This document shows positions 1-4,656 of a DNA stretch of 4,656 nucleotides, piece by piece. Where the stretch lies: positions 1-4,656 of the IMG/VR virus record IMGVR_UViG_3300029104_000146. One strand, written 5' to 3'. The position numbers were made by a program, and so were the translations under genes. The notes beneath the pieces were generated by a model. The model was not told where the DNA came from. It worked only from the letters and a program-made list of their open reading frames with translations, and made no database searches. This stretch comes from a virus. Lineage: Duplodnaviria > Heunggongvirae > Uroviricota > Caudoviricetes. Numbering within the stretch: position 1 is the first letter of the stretch; the number at the start of each line of letters is the position of its first letter.

Positions 1-82
1 ACCCACCAGCCATATTAACGCCATACAAACGGATTAAAAATGCCAGCAATGGCAGGGATTCGTACAACCTTAAAATAGTAAT

Positions 83-86
83 GAGG
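83..86 (+). promoter_or_regulatory. Shine-Dalgarno (GAGG) for the 846-aa gene
   Basis: GAGG lies 7 nt upstream of the ATG at 94. Confidence 0.55.
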
Positions 87-93
87 TTTATCA

Positions 94-2634
94 ATGAGCA
101 CTGATAAAGAAACTTTTGCACTATATTGCGAAGCAAAAAATGACAAGGTCAGAAAACGCCTTGGGATTAAAGGTGGTTTTTACTGGACTACAGCAAAAAA
201 ATTATCTGTTGCCATCTCCCGCTGCATTACCGCAATGGATGATAATGATTATGACGAGGACGACTTTAAAAAACCTGTTCGCGTCCATTTACCCGTTGTG
301 AATGACCTTCCTCCAGAAGGCGTGTTTGATACTGAATTCTGCAACCGTTACGAAAAAGGCGGGGAAGATGGTATCACAATGATATTTATAGCTCCTTCCC
401 CTTCAGCTCAGGACAAACCTGCCAGCACTGACAATACCAGCAGCGAAGCTGTTACAGGTGTCAGCCGTGACTGCGATGAACAAAGTGACTCTCAGACAGA
501 GAACGCAGATAAAAGCGAATCCCCGGACAGCAACGATGACTGCCCTGAATGTGAAATCCCCGTCTCCACCCTGAGTCTTACCCATCGCTTCCTGCACCTC
601 TACTTCTTTGGTCAGGAGTTCGACGAGAAATACAAACATCACGCCACACCAGAACAACGCAAGGACGTGATCCGCATCGAAATGGATATGGAAGATGGAA
701 ACATACAGAGCCTGCTTACTGCAGTACGTTCGCATCCTGAGCTGGATAAGCTGACAAACCATCATCTTGGAAGACTGGCGCATTCGGTGGAAAAGGCATT
801 CACTCACGCAACAACACGCCGTATCAGCCCGGCAGAATTCGACAAGTTCATTTCCACCTGGATGAAGACTGACTACCTTGATCAGGGGCTGTTGACAAAA
901 GAGTGGGCAAAGGGAAATTGCGTATCTGAAATCAATCGCACCCCGTCCGGCGCTAATGCTGGCGGAGGAATTCTTACCGATCGCGGTGAAGGTTTTGTCC
1001 ACGATGATGCGTCAGTGGAACGTGACGTTGCCGCTGGCGTTCTGGCCCGTTCAATGGACATCGATATTTACAATCCACATCCGGCACACGCCAAACGCAT
1101 TGAAGAAATCGTTTCAGAGAATAAGCCGCCCTTTTCTGTTTTTCGTGACAAATTCATCGCCATGCCTGGTCACCTGGATTATTCCCGCGCGATAGTAGTT
1201 GCGTCCGTGAAAGAAGCACCAATTGGTATCGAGGCTACTCCCCACCGTGTTACCGAATATCTGAACAAAGTACTGACCGAAACCGATCATGCCAACCCTG
1301 ATCCGGAAATCGTGGATATTGCCTGCGGTCGCTCCTCTGCCCCTATCCCGCAGCGTGTAACAAAAGAAGGAAAACAGGATGATGAAGAAAAACCGCAGCC
1401 ATCTGGCGCAATGGCAGATGAACAGGCAACGACTGAAGCAGTGGAACCGGATACAACTGAACATAATCAGGACACGCAGTCGATGGATGCTCAGCCACAG
1501 ATAAATTCTGTTGATGCGAAATATCAGAAACTGCGTGCAGAACTCTATGAAGCCAGGAAAAACATTCCCCCCAAAAATCCTGTCGATGCAGATAAATTAC
1601 TGGCTGCTTCTCACGGAGAATTTGTTGAAGGGATTAGCGACCCGAATGATCCAAAATGGGTGAAGGGGATTGAAACCCGCGATTCGGTGAACCATAACCA
1701 GCAAGAAACGGAACAGAAAGGCCATAAAGCGGAACAACACAGTCCAAATGCGCAACAAAACGAGCCAGAAACGAAACAGCCTGAACCAGTAGCGCAACAG
1801 GAACCGGAAAAAGTCTGCACAGCCTGCGGTCAGACCGGCGGCAACTGTCCTGACTGTGGCGCGGTGATGGGCGACGCAACATACCATGAGACATTCAACG
1901 AAGAAAGCCAGGATGAAGCCCGGGAAAAAGATCCGGAGGAAATGGAAAGTGCCGGACTCCCGAACAAGGAGTGCACCGAAGGCGATCAACATGCCAATGG
2001 CAATAATGAAACAGGCGAGACAGCAAATCTCTTAATTAAGGTGAACGGTCATCGTGAAATCACATCCACCAGCAGGTTGTGGCACCATCTGATGATTGAC
2101 CTTGAAACAATGGGCAAAAATCCTGACGCACCAATAGCCTCAATAGGCGCTGTATTTTTCGATCCACAAACCGGAGAGCAGGGGCCTGAATTCAGCAAAA
2201 TAATTGATATGGGTACATGTGGCGGCACTGTCGACATAAGCACAATCGAATGGTGGCTGGTACAGTCCAGCGAGGCCAGAACTGCAATTTTGGTAAATCA
2301 AATCCCATTAGATGATGCGCTGCTGCAACTCAAGGAATTCATCAGCGAGCATTCAGATGAAAAATTCGTGCAGGTATGGGGCAATGGTGCAACTTTCGAC
2401 AACGTGATTTTACGCCGTTCATACGAACGACAGGGTATCCCCTGCCCGTGGCGCTACTGCAACGATCGCGATGTACGCACAATCGTTGAGCTGGGGAAAG
2501 CCATAGACTTCGATGCCAGAACGGCTATTCCATTCGAAGGTGAGCGCCATAATGCACTTGATGACGCTCGTTACCATGCAAAATACGTTTCAGCTATCTG
2601 GCAAAAACTGTTCCCGAATCAAGCTGATTTTTAA
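94..2634 (+). CDS. RecE (exonuclease VIII)-like prophage protein with C-terminal DEDDh 3'-5' exonuclease domain
   Basis: Uninterrupted 846-codon ORF with an SD. The N-terminal ~570 aa resemble, from memory, the dispensable N-terminal region of Rac RecE (e.g. [93 protein letters not shown]). The C-terminal 180 aa carry DEDDh motifs: Exo I MIDLETMG, Exo [15 protein letters not shown], Exo [16 protein letters not shown]. Position is immediately upstream of xis-int. Confidence 0.85.
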   Translation: MSTDKETFALYCEAKNDKVRKRLGIKGGFYWTTAKKLSVAISRCITAMDDNDYDEDDFKKPVRVHLPVVNDLPPEGVFDTEFCNRYEKGGEDGITMIFIAPSPSAQDKPASTDNTSSEAVTGVSRDCDEQSDSQTENADKSESPDSNDDCPECEIPVSTLSLTHRFLHLYFFGQEFDEKYKHHATPEQRKDVIRIEMDMEDGNIQSLLTAVRSHPELDKLTNHHLGRLAHSVEKAFTHATTRRISPAEFDKFISTWMKTDYLDQGLLTKEWAKGNCVSEINRTPSGANAGGGILTDRGEGFVHDDASVERDVAAGVLARSMDIDIYNPHPAHAKRIEEIVSENKPPFSVFRDKFIAMPGHLDYSRAIVVASVKEAPIGIEATPHRVTEYLNKVLTETDHANPDPEIVDIACGRSSAPIPQRVTKEGKQDDEEKPQPSGAMADEQATTEAVEPDTTEHNQDTQSMDAQPQINSVDAKYQKLRAELYEARKNIPPKNPVDADKLLAASHGEFVEGISDPNDPKWVKGIETRDSVNHNQQETEQKGHKAEQHSPNAQQNEPETKQPEPVAQQEPEKVCTACGQTGGNCPDCGAVMGDATYHETFNEESQDEAREKDPEEMESAGLPNKECTEGDQHANGNNETGETANLLIKVNGHREITSTSRLWHHLMIDLETMGKNPDAPIASIGAVFFDPQTGEQGPEFSKIIDMGTCGGTVDISTIEWWLVQSSEARTAILVNQIPLDDALLQLKEFISEHSDEKFVQVWGNGATFDNVILRRSYERQGIPCPWRYCNDRDVRTIVELGKAIDFDARTAIPFEGERHNALDDARYHAKYVSAIWQKLFPNQADF
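2092..2631 (+). other. DEDDh (DnaQ/oligoribonuclease-like) 3'-5' exonuclease domain, residues 667-846 of the 846-aa protein
   Basis: D669-x-E671 (MIDLETMG), D769 (TFDNV), H819-x4-D824 (HNALDD) followed by YHAKY. Spacing and order match the DEDDh family as in E. coli Orn (WIDLEMTGL ... H-x4-D). Confidence 0.7.
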
Positions 2635-2638
2635 TGTT

Positions 2639-2654
2639 CAACCGTCGCCGGTTG
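2639..2654. repeat. Perfect 6-bp inverted repeat CAACCG-N4-CGGTTG in the intergenic region between the RecE-like gene and xis
   Basis: Read directly: caaccg tcgc cggttg, starting 5 bp after the TAA stop at 2632-2634. No T-tract follows, so it is unlikely to be an intrinsic terminator. Function unknown. Confidence 0.5.
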
Positions 2655-2683
2655 TGGTTGGTATTCTGCAACTGGCGCGTTCC

Positions 2684-2687
2684 GGAG
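2684..2687 (+). promoter_or_regulatory. Shine-Dalgarno (GGAG) for xis
   Basis: GGAG lies 8 nt upstream of the ATG at 2696. Confidence 0.5.
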
Positions 2688-2695
2688 TGATGGTC

Positions 2696-2965
2696 ATGAG
2701 CGAACAGTACCTGATTACGCTCGACGAGTGGAAACCTAAGCGGTTCAGTCTCCCAATAACAAACACTACCCTGGTGAAATACGGAAAACTTGGATACATC
2801 GTTCCAAGACCACAAAAAATTCGTGGGCGTTGGCTGATAGATCGCCGAGCAGTATTTGTTGGACCTGGTGAAACAGGAATTGCGCCGGAAATTCATACTG
2901 GCGATGATGATGCACTGAAGGAGATTTTAACTCATGTCACCGAGGCCACGAAAAAACAGCACTGA
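2696..2965 (+). CDS. xis: Excisionase (Xis-like winged-helix recombination directionality factor)
   Basis: 89-aa product MSEQYLITLDEWKPKRFSLPITNTTLVKYGKLGYIVPRPQKIRGRWLIDRRAVF... parallels lambda Xis (YLTLQEW ... RRWVRE ... REYLFHESAV). Lies immediately upstream of int and overlaps its start by 32 nt, as in lambda. Start chosen at ATG 2696 because of the GGAG SD; ATG 2690 and GTG 2687 are in-frame alternatives. Confidence 0.7.
   Translation: MSEQYLITLDEWKPKRFSLPITNTTLVKYGKLGYIVPRPQKIRGRWLIDRRAVFVGPGETGIAPEIHTGDDDALKEILTHVTEATKKQH
2918..2923 (+). promoter_or_regulatory. Shine-Dalgarno (AAGGAG) for int
   Basis: AAGGAG lies 10 nt upstream of the ATG at 2934, inside the xis coding sequence. Confidence 0.5.
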
Positions 2966-4052
2966 CATAGCCGGACTTTACGAAAAATTTGATCGCAGAA
3001 CTGGCAGAGTTTACTACCAGTATAAAAACCCTGTGACTGGAAAATTTCACGGGCTCGGAACAGACAAAGGTAAGGCAGAAAAAATCGCTTCCACAGCCAA
3101 TCAGCGAATAGCTGCAGCAGAGGCTGAATATTTCATGCGCAAAATTGATGAAAGTCCGTCAGCAACAAAGCGTCGGGGTATCAGATTAAAGGCATGGGTT
3201 GATCGATATCTGAAAATACAGGACACGCGACTGAAAAATGGAGATATTGCAGCTACAACCCACAAAGAAAAAGTGCGAATGGCTGCATACCTGGTTTCCC
3301 GCCTGGGAAACCACCCATTGAAAGAACTGGAGGTAAGAGACTTTGCATTAATACTGGACGAGTGGATGGATAAAGACATGGTCAGCACAGCAAGAGTAAA
3401 TCGCGGATTATGGGTTGATATTTATAAAGAAGCACAGCATGCAGGGGAAGTTCCTCCTGGATGGAATCCTCCGGAGGCTACCCGTAAACCGATCCCTAAA
3501 GTGACCAGATCCAGACTCACCCTGGAAGACTGGCAAAAAATTTACAACGCAACGCCTGAAAAACACTTTATCCGTAACGCAATGCTTCTTGCGATTGTTA
3601 CTGGTCAGCGCCGTGATGACATTTGCCACATGCGTTTTTCAGATGTGTGGAACGAACACTTGCATATCACCCAGGGAAAAACCGGAATGCGTCTGGCGTT
3701 ACCGCTTACACTACGCTGTGATGCCATTGGGATAACGTTAAAAGAAGTTATTGATGGGTGCCGAGACAGAATATTAAGTCCATATCTAATCCATAGTCGG
3801 CACCAGAAACAACCAAAGCCGATGAGTAAAGACAACCTGAGCGACTACTTTGCCAAAGCACGGGATCTGGCTGGGATAACTCCACCAGCAGGAAAAACTC
3901 CGCCAACATTTCATGAACAACGCTCTCTATCAGAACGGCTGTACCGTGCACAGGGTATCGATACAAAAACATTACTAGGACATAAAGTCCAGGCAACCAC
4001 CGATCGCTATAACGATACTCGAGGTCAGGAATGGGTTAAGTTGGTTATTTGA
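2934..4052 (+). CDS. int: Lambda-family tyrosine recombinase (phage integrase)
   Basis: 372-aa ORF. N-terminal arm-binding-like segment (YYQYKNPVTGKFHGLGTDK, cf. lambda Int YYCYRDPRTGKEFGLGRDR). Catalytic signature residues in the lambda order: R226 (VTGQRRDD), K249 (QGKTG), H327/R330 (TFHEQRSLS), H350 (LLGHK), Y359 (TDRYNDTRGQEW, cf. lambda SQYRDDRGREW). Confidence 0.93.
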   Translation: MSPRPRKNSTDIAGLYEKFDRRTGRVYYQYKNPVTGKFHGLGTDKGKAEKIASTANQRIAAAEAEYFMRKIDESPSATKRRGIRLKAWVDRYLKIQDTRLKNGDIAATTHKEKVRMAAYLVSRLGNHPLKELEVRDFALILDEWMDKDMVSTARVNRGLWVDIYKEAQHAGEVPPGWNPPEATRKPIPKVTRSRLTLEDWQKIYNATPEKHFIRNAMLLAIVTGQRRDDICHMRFSDVWNEHLHITQGKTGMRLALPLTLRCDAIGITLKEVIDGCRDRILSPYLIHSRHQKQPKPMSKDNLSDYFAKARDLAGITPPAGKTPPTFHEQRSLSERLYRAQGIDTKTLLGHKVQATTDRYNDTRGQEWVKLVI

Positions 4053-4115
4053 CAAACACCATATGGAATATCCGTCACCATCTCAGGAAAAAAGTGTTGT
4101 AAAATGCGTGGCCTA

Positions 4116-4153
4116 GTTTTGGGGAAACGTTTTGGAGAGATTTTGGAGAAAGG
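4116..4153 (+). repeat. Three tandem direct repeats TTTTGG(G/A)GA at about one helical turn spacing; candidate arm-type (P') integrase binding sites
   Basis: TTTTGGGGAAACG (4117-4129), TTTTGGAGAGA (4130-4140), TTTTGGAGAAAGG (4141-4153), with unit starts 13 and 11 bp apart. They sit 65-100 bp downstream of the int stop, where lambda has P'1-P'3. Assignment as Int arm sites is an inference. Confidence 0.4.
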
Positions 4154-4205
4154 AAAAAATTGAATAAATTCAAAATCCTGAAAGTGTCCCGCCTTATGAA
4201 TAAGA

Positions 4206-4211
4206 AGGTGG
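4206..4211 (+). promoter_or_regulatory. Shine-Dalgarno (AGGTGG) for potC
   Basis: AGGTGG lies 7 nt upstream of the potC ATG at 4219. Confidence 0.55.
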
Positions 4212-4218
4212 AACTCGA

Positions 4219-4656
4219 ATGATCGGTCGACTGCTTCGCGGCGGTTTTATGACCGCTATCTACGCGTACCTGTATATCCCAATCATTATTTTGATTGTGA
4301 ACTCCTTTAACAGCTCGCGCTTTGGCATCAACTGGCAGGGTTTTACCACCAAATGGTATAGCCTGCTGATGAACAACGACAGCCTGTTACAGGCAGCACA
4401 GCATTCACTAACAATGGCGGTGTTTTCGGCGACGTTTGCTACGCTTATCGGTTCACTGACGGCAGTTGCGCTGTACCGTTATCGCTTTCGCGGTAAGCCG
4501 TTCGTTAGCGGAATGCTGTTTGTGGTGATGATGTCGCCAGATATTGTGATGGCGATTTCTCTGCTGGTGCTGTTTATGCTGCTGGGTATTCAGCTTGGCT
4601 TCTGGTCGCTGCTGTTCTCGCATATCACCTTCTGCCTGCCGTTTGTGGTGGTGACG
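4219..4656 (+). CDS. potC: Spermidine/putrescine ABC transporter permease PotC (5' portion, 146 codons; continues beyond the window)
   Basis: Translation MIGRLLRGGFMTAIYAYLYIPIIILIVNSFNSSRFGINWQGFTTKWYSLLMNNDSLLQAAQHSLTMAVFSATFATLIGSLTAVALYRYRFRGKPFVSGMLFVVMMSPDIVMAISLLVLFMLLGIQLGFWSLLFSHITFCLPFVVVT matches my recollection of E. coli PotC essentially residue for residue. Hydrophobic membrane-spanning character and a good SD support it. No stop before the window end. Confidence 0.85.
   Translation, partial: MIGRLLRGGFMTAIYAYLYIPIIILIVNSFNSSRFGINWQGFTTKWYSLLMNNDSLLQAAQHSLTMAVFSATFATLIGSLTAVALYRYRFRGKPFVSGMLFVVMMSPDIVMAISLLVLFMLLGIQLGFWSLLFSHITFCLPFVVVT

Larger units (their letters stand above)
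4053..4222. other. Integrase-proximal prophage-chromosome junction (attL-equivalent in lambda nomenclature: int - P' arm - core - bacterial DNA)
   Basis: AT-rich non-coding stretch between the int stop (4050-4052) and potC. Contains tandem direct repeats and flanking AGGAAAAAA motifs. Downstream DNA is chromosomal (potC). The core is inferred to lie at about 4180-4222 by analogy with lambda P' arm geometry; the exact crossover point cannot be set without the other junction or an empty-site sequence. Confidence 0.5.
4103..4222 (+). pseudogene. potB: potB 3'-terminal fragment (last ~13-39 codons, ...SRLMNKKVELE*) separated from the potB body by the prophage
   Basis: The frame ending in TGA 4220-4222 overlaps the potC ATG as ATGA (4219-4222), typical of potB-potC translational coupling. 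The encoded tail ...KVSRLMNKKVELE matches my recollection of the PotB C-terminus (...SRLLNKKVELE). The frame runs back only 39 codons to a TAA at 4100-4102 just after int, so no full-length potB is present here. Confidence 0.4.

Noticed and set aside
116-301. 61-aa + strand ORF in an alternative frame inside the 846-aa gene
   Set aside because: Fully embedded in a different frame of a long, well-supported CDS; no SD; no recognisable features.
403-1002. 199-aa minus-strand ORF
   Set aside because: Antisense to the RecE-like CDS; Cys-rich nonsense-like composition typical of an antisense frame; no RBS context.
956-1195. 79-aa + strand ORF in an alternative frame
   Set aside because: Embedded out-of-frame in the RecE-like CDS; no support.
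1114-1464. 116-aa minus-strand ORF
   Set aside because: Antisense to the RecE-like CDS; Cys/Phe/Arg-rich artefactual translation.
1597-1992. Three overlapping minus-strand ORFs (131, 86 and 69 aa; 1597..1992, 1634..1894, 1611..1820)
   Set aside because: Antisense to the Q/E/P-rich low-complexity linker; such regions generate long stop-free antisense frames by composition alone.
2049-2243. 64-aa minus-strand ORF
   Set aside because: Antisense to the start of the DEDDh domain, whose motifs strongly support the + strand frame.
94-2634. Calling the 846-aa protein bona fide RecE/exodeoxyribonuclease VIII
   Set aside because: Only the N-terminal scaffold resembles RecE. The catalytic C-terminus carries DEDDh motifs rather than the PD-(D/E)XK nuclease, so the name and the implied 5'-3' activity would be misleading.
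2594-2896. 100-aa minus-strand ORF
   Set aside because: Antisense across the end of the RecE-like gene and xis; no support.
2513-2965. 150-aa version of the xis ORF starting at ATG 2513
   Set aside because: Would overlap the last 122 nt of the RecE-like gene. The N-terminal 61 aa have no Xis-like features. A GGAG SD precedes the internal ATG at 2696, giving an 89-aa Xis-like product.
3101-3996. Four minus-strand ORFs (73-95 aa) inside the integrase gene
   Set aside because: All antisense to an integrase with unambiguous catalytic motifs; treated as chance frames.
4097-4190. Sigma70 promoter for potC inside the att region (e.g. TTGTAA at 4097-4102, TTGAAT at 4160-4165)
   Set aside because: The -35-like hexamers lack a properly spaced -10 element with good match; too weak to call from sequence alone.
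4053-4218. tRNA or tmRNA gene as integration target
   Set aside because: Lambdoid integrases often target tRNA 3' ends, but no GC-rich cloverleaf-like segment or CCA-proximal T-arm is visible. The region is AT-rich and the downstream context is the potB/potC coding junction.

Overview
This window appears to be the integrase-proximal end of a lambdoid prophage inserted at the potB/potC boundary of an enterobacterial (E. coli-like) spermidine/putrescine transporter operon. On the + strand it reads: a large RecE-like gene (94..2634), an excisionase (2696..2965), a lambda-family tyrosine integrase (2934..4052), an AT-rich attachment junction with tandem TTTTGGRGA repeats (4053..~4222), a short potB 3'-terminal remnant, and the 5' part of potC (4219..4656, runs off the window). 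The most unusual feature is the 846-aa protein: its first ~570 aa look like the N-terminal region of Rac RecE (exonuclease VIII), recognised from memory and not verified by search, but its C-terminus is a DEDDh (DnaQ/Orn-like) 3'-5' exonuclease domain rather than RecE's 5'-3' PD-(D/E)XK nuclease. It is followed directly by xis, with no RecT-like annealase in between. All minus-strand ORFs in the track lie antisense to well-supported + strand genes and are treated as artefacts. No tRNA, rRNA, CRISPR array or IS element was seen.
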